A stretch of 64,000 nt of DNA from Kondoa subrosea (taxonomy: Eukaryota). A program made the position numbers and the translations under genes. Numbering within the stretch: position 1 is the first letter of the stretch; each line of letters starts with the position of its first letter. Below are positions 40,781-53,956 of the stretch, piece after piece. The notes below the pieces were generated by a model, which was not told the origin of the DNA, made no database searches, and worked only from the letters and a program-made list of their open reading frames with translations. Location: NCBI GenBank assembly GCA_039545335.1, contig BCIN01000001.1, forward strand, positions 1,410,604 through 1,474,603, given 5' to 3'.

Positions 40781-42655
40781 ATGAGTCTGCTTGATACCTA
40801 CCTGCCCTTTGCGCTCAATGTACTGCTGCTCTCCGCTCTTGCACACAAAGTCAATACAGTTGTGCCAGATCCATACCTAGTAGCTTTTATAGCTGCCCCG
40901 ATCGCTCTTCGTGATGCTTATCGCTTTTGATAGGATGAGATCTTTCACATTCCGCAGGTTTGTCTGCCTTTAAGATCATCAGACGAAGTCGAGTAAACAT
41001 TGCTGCTTTCAGGCTCAGGCTTTCTGTCGTGGAGACTGGTCTTGGGATCCGAAGATCACCACTCCTCCTGGTCTGCAAGTCTTCAGTGCTCCTGATGTGC
41101 AGAGAGAGCTCATTTGGTTCTGGACAGCTACTTGCCAGCCGTCATACTGCATTATACTGCAGGCTCAAAGTGCTCACCTCTGATACTTCGAAGCACCAAC
41201 TTGGTTCTCGTAGCACTTCTGCCGATATTGTACAAAAGGATACTTCGACTCTTGCATGGTCAAACGCAAAACTCGACTTTGGAATTTCTCGTTATCGCTC
41301 AATTCCCGGTCGTATGGTTCTTCTCATTCCTATACTACACGGATGTGGCTTCGTTGTTTGTCGTTCTACTATGCTACGAAGCGAATTTGAGAAAGAGTTA
41401 CAAAGTGTCAGCCTTTGTGAGTTATGCCTTACTCTTCTTAACATACTCTTTACGCAGATTACTATAGTGGGCTTTCGTTTCGCTTTCGTTGCGCCAAACC
41501 AATATTCTATGGGTCACTTTCATTGCGGGAATGTCTTTGGTCACGGAATTGCACTCGAAAGGCTTATATGATCCACCTTTGGCTCAACTGACGCCCAGTA
41601 AGCTCTTACACTATATCTGCGTACACAACTAAAGATGGTGGTAGTTGAAGCTGGCAAAACTTTGCGATCAGCTGTCTATAAATCACTGCACGAATATCAA
41701 ATCACTGCTCGGTTGATAGCGACTTATCTTCCAGTATATATTGCTTTCGCCGCTTTCCTTAACTGGAATGGTGGAGTGGCTCTCGGTACATCTTCTGCCT
41801 ATGTGATCTCTGACCTTTGCTGAAGTAAATCCTTTAGGCGATAAATCAAATCATGTGCCAGCGCTGCATTTCCCTCAGCTCTTCTACTTTATCTCTTTCA
41901 CTGCAGCATTCACCTCTCCGCTCTGGTTGAGCGTGCAAACTGTAAAGGCTGGTATAGCACGAGGCCTCAAATCACCTTCGTAGGTCTCGACTTCGCTTTC
42001 AATGCGTCTAGCTAATACTCAGTAGTCGAATAGTCGTCTCTATCGCGATCGTTGTAGCCATGGCATATCTAGTCAATCACTACACGTAAGATGTGTATCA
42101 GTATAAACTCTGGCAAGGCTAACAGGTAGTCGAACAGCTTTGAACATCCTTTCATGCTCGCTGATAATCGACATTATGTCTTCTACCTCTGGAGAAGAGT
42201 CATTAAGCTGCATCCTTTGGTGCGATTTGCCTTGATTCCGGCGTACATGACTGCTGGATCTGTGGTCTACAATCGGTTGAGTACGTATACGATCTTTCCG
42301 GTGTGTCTTATATAGCGGCTGATGCTGTCATTAGGTAGACACGCGTCCAACACAATACTGTTTGGTTTGCTATTTGTCATGTTTTCAAGGTTAGCTCTGT
42401 GAAAGCTTTTTAAACCAATAGATCTAATCATACAGAGTCAACAGTCTCGCTCTGGTACCGACGTCTCTCATTGAACCTCGGTATTTCATCATCCCTTACA
42501 TTCTGCTTCGCCTACATCTACACGAGAAGAACGCAAAGCGGCTCATATGCGAAGGCTTAGTCTACCTGCTGATAAACGCTGTCACTCTGTACATCTTTCT
42601 GTATCGACCTTTCAAGTGGGAAAGCGAACTTGGTTGGCAGCGCTTTATGTGGTAG
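40781..42655 (+). CDS. ALG10: Dol-P-Glc alpha-1,2-glucosyltransferase
   Basis: [71 protein letters not shown] and QRFMW*. Confidence 0.95.
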
Positions 42656-43387
42656 ACGCAAGGCTCGCGCTTGGCGAAGCAATGATGAGGTCTCAAACGA
42701 AGTAGGATTTATGCAACAACAGCACAAAATACTGCTGCGATGCAAGAGGGATCTTCTTTCATTATTGCTCAGAGCAGTACGTTTCTCATTTCGGTTGTAA
42801 AGATATCGCTCATTCGGGTGACGACCAGTCCGATTCTAACACCTCTTTTTCCACTGTATACGCGGCAATCTGTTGCTTTACGCTCCGAGCGGGAGAACTG
42901 CGTTGAGCTTGACTGACCATTGGCGAAGGGTTGTGTCGGACAAATTTGGATTTACTGAGCAAGGCAGGGCTGAAATAGACGTAGATGCATATGAATACTC
43001 TCCTTAGCCATTTGCGAATCGATCGCCTTGCAAACCTGAAATTTCGCTTTTCTTCTTCAATACACCATTGAATGCATCGAATGCAGTTTCGGCCTCATTA
43101 GTGACAGATGCTGCTGGACCATGTTCTTCTGAGGAGATCGCTATCGCAATGTCTCCTCTCTGCAACTGCTTCCGTTGTTTTCTGCTTCATCGAATCTTTC
43201 GAATGCTACACATGTCCTTGACAGAACAGTCAATCTGCACTACCTGCACCTTCCCGAGATGTCCGAGCTCTAGTCTCTCATTCATTCTAATTGCTGCTGT
43301 CCTGGGCTTCGTGTTGGGCTCAATATCGCTTCTTCTCCCAGACTGTTTTTGGCCTCTATCGCATTTTCACTCTTCATTCCTTTCGTC

Positions 43388-45340
43388 ATGTCTGCGGCAC
43401 AATTACAAAAACTCCTCACGGCGACAGCCACTCTGCCAGCTTCAGTAAACCCGTACACTTTTCTCATAGCCCAATTGCACAAGTTTGCTATGTAAGTCTC
43501 TGAACAGCTTCGCAAGCATCTGGCTTACCTTTCGTGGCAGTCCGGGCGCTCCTGAATATTTTGTGCCACTGATCAAGGTGACTCTACTCTTGCTTCGAAA
43601 GTCTTGGGCTGAACAGTTGCAGGCAAACTATGTTCTTGGAGCTATGGGACTACTGTTTGGACTGATTGCTATAGCGGCCAAAGCCTCGAACGGAGGTATT
43701 TGGCTAGCAAGGAAGAGGCAGACAAATTCTGGTCACTTATATGCACCCAGTAAGCCAGAAGTTCGCGCCCAAGTATTATTTGCTGATCTTGCTGTACTAG
43801 ACACGACTTTCCTTCTCTGCCTCATCAACTCTGTCTACTTCTCGGCTGCTTTGGCATCTGATTACTTTGTCATTCGTACATTCGAGGAAGGTGCCTCATT
43901 GGTTCCTTACAAAGCTCTTATGGGACCTTTGTGGTTCTGTATTATTGCGGCGACATGGATCGAAACATGGGGCATGGCCGTTTCAGCCATTGTCAGTCGT
44001 TAGCGTCTCGTCAACACAGCATGACTGATAAGCCGTGCAGCTCTCTTCAAATTGGTTGAACACCGGGACAAAGACAGGCTGGACTTCACGACTACCATCG
44101 CATGCATTCAACGTCATCTTTATGGCCGGTGGACCAGTCTTGGCTGCGATTTGTCTCCCAATCTTTGGCTACTGGGCCCATAAAGTAGGTCAGGTCTCGT
44201 GGCAAATATCACACTAATCAGTGTTTCCTAGGTGGCAGTGGGATGGAATGCTTTGATGGCTCTCTGTGAACTAATTGCTATCAAAGAAGCTGCTTGGTCA
44301 GAAGGTCAAGCATTCGAGTTTGACCCTACAGTTAGTGGCATTCTGGAGTTTCTATCAATCTTCTGACTATACCGAACTTTTCTAGTGGCTTCCTTCAATC
44401 GCGGATTTCGCTGCTAAACTCAATGCGGCAGCCGACAAGATCGGAATGGGCTTCCTTGTGTATTGCGGAATACTTCTCGCCATCCTCCTCTTTGCGTTCT
44501 TGCCCTCATCAATAGGCTATCTCAAAATGCTCTCGCAGCAACTCTCCGCATACTACACGCAAGCTTCAAGTGCTCAATCGCAGCTATCCTCTTTGCGCAA
44601 CACCTAGTAAGTCGTCTATTTTAAATGTCTTGGTCATCTTGTTTGACACCTTGCCCTCAGCCGTATGATGCTTGTTGAAGCGGTTCTTGTGTTCCTTCTG
44701 GCTTTGGTTTACGGTGAGCAACAACCTCTGTACGAGCTATATCGACGTAATTGATGCTTGGTGAAACAGTCTTCTTGACCGGCTGGGTCGGTATATGGAC
44801 ACGCCAAGGTAAGTTATCTACAATCGATTGTTGACTATGCCCATTGCTATCTTCTAGTCATTGAGTCTAGGATCAATCTACCTATGATTCTGTCATTCGC
44901 GTAAATGAGTTCACAGCAGTCATACGTGGGCTTACAGTTTGCGTAGATACTGGAGCTACTCCTCAATTGTTACGCCGATGAATGCATTGTTGGCTTACAG
45001 AAGCGTTCGACCTATTCTACGTCGACGAACCTATGGCCAAAGGAGAGCTGCTGCTGCCGACATTGGAGGCATCACAATCCATACCTCAGTGGAGAAACAT
45101 GTCGACGTTGACACTGCTTATGCAGACTTGGACGATAACAGACATCCAGGTATGCTCTTCATGTTCTGGCCCCGATCAAGAATTCTGAATCCTGTCGTTA
45201 CAGCTCAGTACAATCAACCGTACAAACCAGTCACCAGAGTCGCTCTGCACAATCGCAGACCCAATAGCAGACTGCCTTTTACCGTTGTCGATCTAGAGAG
45301 AGAAGCAGACAAATTTCCTCTCGAAGAGGAAGAAAAATAG
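43388..45340 (+). CDS. Orphan seven-transmembrane (GPCR-topology) protein, many introns
   Basis: Spliced product MSAAQL..VNPYTFL.. has seven hydrophobic segments and a hydrophilic C-terminal tail. Confidence 0.65.
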
Positions 45341-45634
45341 TGCCATGGCTAAGATATTCAGGTTGTCGTTCCTGCTGAGATCATAAGTATTCATGTATAG
45401 AGGATCGCATTGGAATAATAACATTGACATTCGTTCATTCTGCTATCGAGAGTTCTTCTGAGCTTCTCCTCTGCATGCGAGACAACGCATCACATAGCAC
45501 TAGAGAATTAGAAAGGACAGAGAGATACAAAACAGAAGAAAAAAGGAGGAGAAAACGTGTTCATGCTATTTCACAAGGAGTGCGATAATGATCTAAGAAT
45601 ATTGTCCGTTTTTTACACAATCGAGTTAATGTGC

Positions 45635-46816
45635 TCAATCCCAGCGAACGACTCTGCGAGCCAAAGGAGCAGCAGTGGCATCTAAAAAGGACCGTCAGAA
45701 TCGAAAACAGAGTATGATGTGGGACATACAAGGAGCTGTGAATGTAGTTCGCGAACCACCAGCAGTAGAATATGCGCAGACAGCACTTGATCCAGAGACG
45801 GAACAAGAGGCGTATTCAGCTAGCTTGGAGGCTGCGCCAGAAGCTGCAACGCTATAGACAAAGTTGGAAGGTCCATTGATAAGTGTGCCTGTTCGACTTG
45901 TTAGGTTATGCAAGCGATCACCTGGCAAATACTTACCGGTCGCGCTATAAGCGCCGGATACACCTGAACCTGACTCGACAACTTGGTAAGAAAGGGGTGC
46001 GCCAAAGACGGCAGAACCGATTTGAGAAAAGCTTGCAGACTGATGTGTTCGGGTGAGACATGCAAACATCGAAAAATTCATCAAGACTCACAGCTGGCAA
46101 AGCACTAAAGGCACTGTTGGAGAACTTATAGAGACCAGAAGGTGTTGGTTGAGCAGTCGCAGGCACAGTAGCTTGAGAAGTTCCGGCCATTCCTGCGCTA
46201 GTCACTGCAGTGGCAGCAGCTGCGCTTGCTTGAGCATTGATACAGGAAGTGCTAGTGCCAGCCAGAATGGTGACTGTATATCGATTGTCAGTTATGCGGC
46301 CAGGTGAACCAAAGCTTTTGACTGACCGGGCGATGCGTAATTCAGAGCACCTGTTCCATCGCGAACTTGGAGTGTTACGCTTGTGCCCGCTTGCAGATCG
46401 ACAGTCCATGTGCTGCGAGCAGATTGAGCGGCGAAATGACAAAATGGAAAGATCGTACTATGTACCAGCAGCTGATTGTACAGGGAATTGCTCCAACGGC
46501 TGAGCTGTTGGATTACCACCAGGAAGGACTGAAGAACTGGATGAGCTTCAAGACGCCGCTGCCAAGTCAAGCTGACCTGATAAGTAATCTGAAATTGTCG
46601 ATCAGAGGCGATTCCACACAGAAGCGAAGCAAGACTTACAAGGTGCAGATCCTCCACTGAAAGTTATTGCAGATGGTTGACATTCAACCAAACTCGCAGG
46701 AGCTATTCGACGATGAGGATAACCTAGGTTTGCAGAAGCAAGTGCTTACTATTAATCATCAATTGCGCTAGCGCAGTGAGTGAGAGTGAGGAAAGAAATA
46801 GCGCTTTGGTGAACAT
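45635..46816 (-). CDS. Secreted Ser/Thr/Ala-rich protein with a basidiomycete beta-sandwich N-terminal domain and a second C-terminal domain
   Basis: Signal MFTKALFLSSLSLTALAQLMIN, then TPASLVECQP, TWTVDLQAGTSVTLQVRDGTG, an Ala/Thr linker and end ..ARRVVRWD*. Confidence 0.8.
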
Positions 46817-47269
46817 GCTGGATGTAGAGAATAGAGAAAAACGAATGGTGTTGCGGAACAAGAGCAACCAATTTGCCTCTCGTAATGAATGCAAAAGCGC
46901 CACGAAAGCCAATCTTTCAGGCACATGTCTCGATCAAGCCGTACCCACTTTGTTCGGCTTGCATCATCCTCAGTCGCTTACTGTAGGCATCAGGAGTCGC
47001 TGACAAAAGCAGACAAGGCAGTCCGACGAGAGCAATCCAGGTGACTGGAAGAAGTACAGAGATCCTTCAAGGCAGATTCTAAGCGACACTTCAAAGTGCC
47101 CAGATGGAAAGCCTTCATCGTACATTACAGCCAGAAGGCGTAAGAAGACGGTGGTAGACTCGAGATAAGCGCATGACGCATACGTGATTTGATGGGAAGG
47201 TTCAATATTGATGACAAAAGGAGAGTACACCGCGAACAGCATAACGATCCATATTGGTGTTCCCATGAT

Positions 47270-48663
47270 TCAGACGAGATCAAGGTCTAAACCTTCCTCT
47301 TCCTCGGCGAGTGCGTTAGTTTCGCTCATGATCTCGTCAGATTCGGCTGCATTTGCTGCCATCTGGTCAAGAGATTCAGTGAGACTCGACTTAAGTTGCA
47401 ACTACCGCACCCTGACAGTTGTGCGGGCGATCCCCTTGACTTTCATCGCACGCGAACCAATCTCCGATAATTGAGCAATCAAAGCGGCTTTCGTATGCTC
47501 TTCCTTGGGCAGTTGTGTTTCGTTGATTTGTGTCTCTACCTGCTGACTGTCACCGTTGTGCTTTCTCCTCTTGCCAGTAGCTGTTTCTGCCTGATGACTA
47601 CGCTTCAGCAATGCCTAATTGGCTGAATTAGTGTACAAGTGACACCAGGCAAGTAGAGCTTACTGCAAATGCTTGATCTCTGAGGACTGCACTATTGCCA
47701 GAACATCGCCCTAAGACGGACATAATAGATCCTGCTACAGAAGGGAAGAGCTCTTTCGCAAAGGCAATGTTCTGCTCGCCCCTCAGCTGGATTACTGATT
47801 TCATGATCAAGTAGAGCTCACACTGGCCCAATCTTTATTGAAGATTAAGGGAAATTTGACCGATAAAGTCCTGCACCAAGTTTCCAAATTTCGATGTAAG
47901 ATCTCCCTAATCGGTCTAGCTAACGGATGATGAACAACCAAGGAGCTTAGACTTGGTCGCTGTGATAACTCTGCAATAGATTGAGATTCTTCGTTGAGCT
48001 GAGCGGTGTAGAAAAGTGAGAATTCAAGATGAATACATTTCAGACGCGGTGTATTGAATGGAACAGCATTGTCGGCAGAGAAAGGCGATTGCATGAGTAC
48101 GCGAACTGGATTCTGTTAGCTACGCCAGCAGCTCTGTCCGTCCGGATACCAGGAGCTTACCTTGACCCTCTGCGTCTTCCGATGCTTCAATATCAAGCGA
48201 CTTTACAAGCATGGTGGGAGAAGCATAACGTCTGAGGAACTCCAACAGGCAAGACATGAAAGAAGAAACAGCTAAGTCTTGTACATCTTGCGATTCCACG
48301 CTTAAGGTGATAAGCAGTTCGAGCGAAAGATCATCTGAAGCCAGTACAGTCTTGCCCTCGTCTACCCTAGCGTTTCTACAATCCTCTGATACCACAAGAT
48401 CATAGGTAGAGCGCAAAGTGAGGATTTGGCTTCCACTGCCTGAAGTCTTGATATTGCTCTTCTTGCTTATGATCATAGCTTTAAAGCTGGGCAGAAAGGT
48501 AGACACGGTGTATCTTGATCAATGAGGGTAGAATGAAGCTCAGCAGAAGGCAATCTTGGTCGTGCACGAAAGCAAATAAACTCGAATTTGTTTCGACCTT
48601 GTATGGCCACGTCCACGGAAACGTAAACGTGATCTGCTCAAGAGCGTCAGAAGATCTGACCAT
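47270..48663 (-). CDS. Orphan multi-exon protein, candidate TopoVIB-like (Rec102/Rec6/TOP6BL) meiotic DSB subunit
   Basis: Transducer-like helices PIREILHRNL..LSVKFPLIF..ELFPSVAGSIMSVLGRCSGNSAVLRDQAF..TKAALIAQLSEI and an acidic tail. Identity rests on remembered pattern only, and the start and first intron are uncertain. Confidence 0.45.
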
Positions 48664-48727
48664 GCATGTTCGTTTAGCACGATGTCACAGAGACCTGAAG
48701 AATACTGCAACGCTGGCAAACAACTTC

Positions 48728-48742
48728 ACGCGTGAATCGCGT
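48728..48742. promoter_or_regulatory. Paired MCB-like elements (ACGCGT and ACGCGA)
   Basis: acgcgt at 48728-48733 and tcgcgt at 48737-48742, about 65-80 bp upstream of the ATG at 48663. Confidence 0.4.
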
Positions 48743-50624
48743 CTGTGTGCCTTCACTGCTCTATCTTCTGTCAATGATCTGTCTGTGTCTGAAACTCTCG
48801 CTGTGATTGCCCGACTTCGTCTTTCATTTTCCTTGTGTTGTCTCGCTGGCTTCTCATTGTGCCCGCGGGTTCGTTATCATGCAAGGCATCGCGCGCTCTT
48901 CAAAGAACGTTGATCTGTTTGTGATCGAGAATCATTGTGCTGTCTTTCTTCTGCCGTTTGTGTTTGCTATCGGCGGATGACAGATGACAGGCATAAATCA
49001 GCTGAAGTGATAACCGATGATCTTTCTACCTGCACTGATTCTACAGCCCATCGTTGATCTGGACACGTTGATCAGTAACAAGTAGCAAGCAGCACGAATA
49101 GCGAAGGAAAGATTCGTCTCTAGTCGAAAACAATGATACAGCGGGAGATAATTACTGCAAGAAGACTCCGCAAAATCCTATACAAAACATATACTCGCTC
49201 GAATACAATACTCCCAACATACTCATCAAACAATCCTGTCAATGATGAAAAGCTGTAACCTGTACTCGAAAAATGAAAGCCGCTCGAACAAATTCTAGCC
49301 TTTCACCACCTGACAGCTATTCATCGTAACACGCATTTGATCAAGCTTCGCAGGCAAGAGAATGATCAAAGCAGCAGATGAAGGATAACCAAGCACTTAA
49401 AAGCAACTTCAAAACGATGGAGATCCGGTCCAAGACAGGGTCCGTGGGGTTGTGGGAAAGACAACTCAAACTACGCTCAACCCGATCATCTTCTCTGGCT
49501 AGGGCGATGGACGAGAATGGGTTGTCAAGAGCGTAGCCTGGAAGTTTCCGACCAAGACTAGAATTCGAAGCGAGACAGTGCGCGGAAGAAAACGAAGCAC
49601 TGACTTTCAAATTAATGATGAGAAGAAGAGAAGAAGAAGAAGACCAGCAGTTCATTCGATGGTGGACAAGGAGGCTTGATGTACAGCGGGCGAGCAGTCG
49701 AAATCATTTCTGACTGGGCAGAGTGAAACTAACCTCACAAAGACAGACGGACGCCTTAAAGCGCGTATAACAGTACTAGGTCACGGTGAGTGCTAGCGAC
49801 CGTACAGAGTCCGCAGTAGGCATCATATATCACGCGTCATTGATGTGAACATTTCAGAATCGATAAGAATCAGTCAAAAGACTAGACAGCATCACCTCTG
49901 AAGCTGACTAGAGTCGCTCAGATGAGGCGCTGTAAGGCTGGCAGCAGACAGCCAGCAAAAGCCGTGGGATGTTCATGCGAAATGGAATTCGGAGCCCGGC
50001 GGACGATGAACATGTCCAGCTTACAAATTTTCGGGCGCATGGCACATCCTGTATATATACGCAAACACGTAGACGCTCATCATCAAACACTTTGTTGGTC
50101 CAGTACGTTTCAATCTCAGTTTGTTTCTTCTGCGCTGACATTATGTCCAGTGGGTAGGATCTTTGCCTTCCAAGCGGTCGTTAGCAAAGGGAACGTGTTC
50201 GAGTCACGTACAAAGTAGCGAGATTTCCAGCAATTTGAGCTGTCCATCACTTTTTGCGCCATTTCCGGATTATCTTTTTTGCTCGAGCTTCTTCAAATGC
50301 AGCGGAACCAATCAGAGCACGGTAAAGAGCGGTATGACAGCCACTGCAGGTGCTACGACCACGACAATTGATCAAACAGAGTCCGGAAAGCCAATCCCAT
50401 ACTTTTCGGCGGAGATTTCAAAGGTGAGACAACAAGATAGGTCAGGAGGAGATAGAGATGATAGGCAGAGAATAGTGGAGCAGCAAGAGAAGCACAGAAG
50501 AGGAGAGCACAGTGACGTTCGATCATCTAGCAGAGAGAGGGAGAGAAATCAAGACTGTCAGCCAAATGTGCGGCTCTCGAGCAATCAAAAAACCTATGTG
50601 TAAACGTACCAGTACATGTAATGA

Positions 50625-52569
50625 TCAGGTGCGTGAATGACTGCTTTGTCTATTCCGCAACAGCCAAACCTGCTCCTCAAACTTTGGCTGAACAGGTAAA
50701 TTCACTCTCCCCAGAATCTTCTTCTTCCGCATTCCAGCAAAGCCAACAACCGAGTCAACGACTTCAAAGTCCTCTTCGTGTTGCACAATGTAATGCGTGA
50801 GGATGTAATCGAACTGCTTGAACTCTTCTATAGTAGAAAGGCTTTCGTTTCGGTTGTAAGTGATTCGATCGCGATGCAGATGCGTAAAGAGTGAAGCGCC
50901 GCTCATTGCGCAGTAGGCATCAATGTGAACCGCAACATTCGTCTCTTCACAATTAATTGAGCAACGAAAACTTGTTATCGGCAAGCGAAACTGACCACCA
51001 AAAGCGACATGGCTGTGAAACATCTCCATAGCTTTCCCTCCCGGATAATTGTGATGCGATATATAGGAGCTGAAGATAGTGTTTAGAAAGGTGAAGCTGA
51101 ACAACCAAAAAAGAAGTAGGCGCTTGAAACTCCTCGGTATTCGCCTAGCTATGATATCAGCTAATTATCTTCGCCGTGAAATACCACTTACCACGATAGA
51201 ATACCATGCAAAGCAGCAACATTGAGCACCGGAATACCATAAATGATGAACCTCCATTCTTTATGCCCAAGCTGGCTAAGAAATCCAATGCTGATCAACG
51301 GTGCAGCTGCTAGTCGCAAAGATGTTCTATTAGTGAGAATTGCCAATAACAAGATGGGATAGAAGAGAAGTAGAAGTTTGGGTAGAGAAGAGGTGAAGTA
51401 GTAGTGGACAGGCGAAATCTGACAATTCGATTAGGCGCCATAACAGAATGTAGACAGAATGAACCTACTCCCCAGTCTGATGATTTGCCTTGCACGACAT
51501 TGAAGAAAATAGCCTCAAGCTCTGGCCAAACGAAGCGCGCTTGCCAGAAATAAGAATCGACGATGATGGAAGCGCCTGTCAAATATTAATGAGCTGTTAC
51601 CGTAACGAATTATTACCGCCGTAAAATATATCTTACCCAGAGCTAGCAGTGCGATAGCAGCTGCTTTGACCATATCGAACACAGGCATTCCAGAAACCAA
51701 GTGTTGCAGACTAAGAGGGATTAGAAGAGCTACAATTTCCGCCCTAAGTATTGCTGCCGAACTTGCAAGTAGGCAGAATCCAGTGATGCGTCTGACTGGT
51801 CTGGCAAGAAGTAGTCTACCAAGCGCGACTTGCACTATTTGCATCTGAGACAAGTCAGAGAGAGAGATAGAAAACAAGCCCACCTATAGGGAACGCGAAT
51901 ATGTTAGGCAGCGTTCGACCTGCATAAAAAGGGATGTGAAATTGGATCGCGCCGAGGATGATGAAAAGGGTTGCAAGTTGGCGCGGTAAGAATTTTGCGA
52001 GGTAAAGCAGGCTGGATGCATTGATAGTAGAGAGGATAATTCGAGCTAATGTCAAGTCAATGAGCTATTTGGCAGCACCGGGAGCTCTCGCCTACCTATA
52101 ATCTGCAATTGAAAAAGACTATATACTCCTGATCGCTCAAGTACCCATTGAAAGGGCTTGGTAATTGCCGCTATTACAAGAGGTCCAGCAAATGACCTAG
52201 GTACAGGACTGAGGTGGATGAAGTGATCGTACTGCCAACAAACGAACGTAAGCCAAGCATCGCAGATATCACCAAGAGCGAAGAAACCTTGATTAATTGC
52301 TTTGCAGATGGACCATAGAGTAGAAGATCATGCGCAGCATGCAAAGGCAGCAATTCCTCGACTTTAGTATAGGGCGTGTAAATTACGTGACTCCAGCAAA
52401 CGAGCAACAAAAGAAGACAGGAAGGAAGTGAAGGACCGTTGATTCTCTTTATCCTCTGTCGTAGTTGATCTTTGACAGCTGGCGAGCCGTCCTTGCTCTG
52501 TAGCCGAGATTCCAAAGATTCGTCTTGCACGCCTGAAGCTCGCCCATTTTGCGCATTGCTGCCACTCAT
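50625..52569 (-). CDS. ALG12: Dol-P-Man alpha-1,6-mannosyltransferase
   Basis: PYTKVEE..LHAAHD, QFHIPFYAGRTLPNIFA, ILRAEI, VDSYFW..WPE..FFNVVQGKSSDWG, HKEWRFI, NYPGG and VHID...MSGASLF. Confidence 0.95.
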
Positions 52570-52687
52570 GCTGTTGTAACAGCCTATTCTCCCCTACTCC
52601 AACACCACCCGATGTGTTCGCTACCAGTATGGTTCCCTGCTAATGATGAACAAAAATAGGCTGAATGACGGTCTTCTCTCGTCAACC

Positions 52688-53892
52688 ATGTCGCTCAAAG
52701 GCTAGCCAATCTCCTCTGCTCCTGTATACTAGCTGATAGAACGCCCAAACAGGAAGGAAGGCTATCGTTACAGGTCCTTGCCTTGCATTATTCAGCTGGC
52801 ATGACGCTGATTTGTGAATTGCCAACATAACAGGCGGATCTCGTGGGATTGGAGCAGCGATTGCATTGGCCTTAGCTCAAGATGGTGCTGAAGTCTTGGT
52901 CAACTATACATCCGAGTCGAGCAAAGCCAAAGCAGAAGAAGTTGTTCAGAAGATCGAGAAACTAGGTAGCAAAGGTCATGTCTGTCGAGCGGACGTAGGA
53001 GCGACGGATATTGGCGAAACTTTGGTCAAGGCTTGCAAAGAGATTTGGGGCCAGGACTTCGTTTTACATATGCTCGTTCAGAATGCTGGGTAAGCTTATG
53101 TCCCTTCCTTCTTGCTCTCTCAGTCCCATCTGACAACCGCAAAGTGTTTCAATCAACGAAACTTTAGAAGAATCGCAATTAGAGACCTACACAAAGACAA
53201 TGGATATCAATGTTCGAGGTCCAATGCTCATTACTCAAGCTCTGCTTCCACACATTAAGAAAGGCGGTGGAGGCAGAATTGTTCTGCTTTCCAGCGTATC
53301 CGCTACAATGGGTTTCGTTCGTATTCACTAAAGACATGTCTTTCTCGTACTGAACGTTCCTGTAGCCCAAACAAACAGTCTATGGTGCATCAAAGGCGTA
53401 AACTTTCTCTCTCGGTGAGCATGTATATCAACAAGTCTAATACTTTCATTAGCGCCGTTGAGCATTTCGCGCGTTGCTGGACGAACGAGTTCGGAAAGGA
53501 GCATGACATCAATATCTGCTGCGTCAACCCAGGTCCAATCAAATCAGACATGTGGAACGGGACTGTCAGCACTAGATTTGTCTTTCCTTGTTAACGCGAA
53601 TCTGAGAGTTGTGATCGCTTTGAACAGACTGAGGAATTTAAAGAAAGCGTACAAAAGAGTGGTGCACCTATCGGCGAACCTGAAGATATTGCAGATGTAG
53701 TAGCTTTCCTTTGCACCGATAAAGCTAGATGGGTGAGTTATGTCAGCTTCAATATGTACTGAAAGCTGATCGTGCAATCTTACACTCTCAGGTCAACGGA
53801 TCTGTCAGTAAGTCATTTTTGCCTATGTGCATCTATCAAGACATCTGATACATATTACAGTCAATACCAACAAGGGGTTATACATGAACTAG
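52688..53892 (+). CDS. Classical short-chain dehydrogenase/reductase
   Basis: Spliced KAIVTGGSRGIG, LVQNAG, INVRG, YGASKAA and VNPGPI. Confidence 0.92.
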
Positions 53893-53956
53893 TTCGGTAG
53901 CTAAACTAAGGGAAAAGAGAAATGTCAACTATGCAATGCTACAACTCTGTCGAGTA

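Noticed and set aside
32003..52569. Functional cluster of ER and glycosylation genes (GPI18, ICE2, IRC22, ALG10, ALG12)
   Set aside because: They are interspersed with unrelated genes, and ER membrane genes are common. There is no evidence beyond chance without synteny data.
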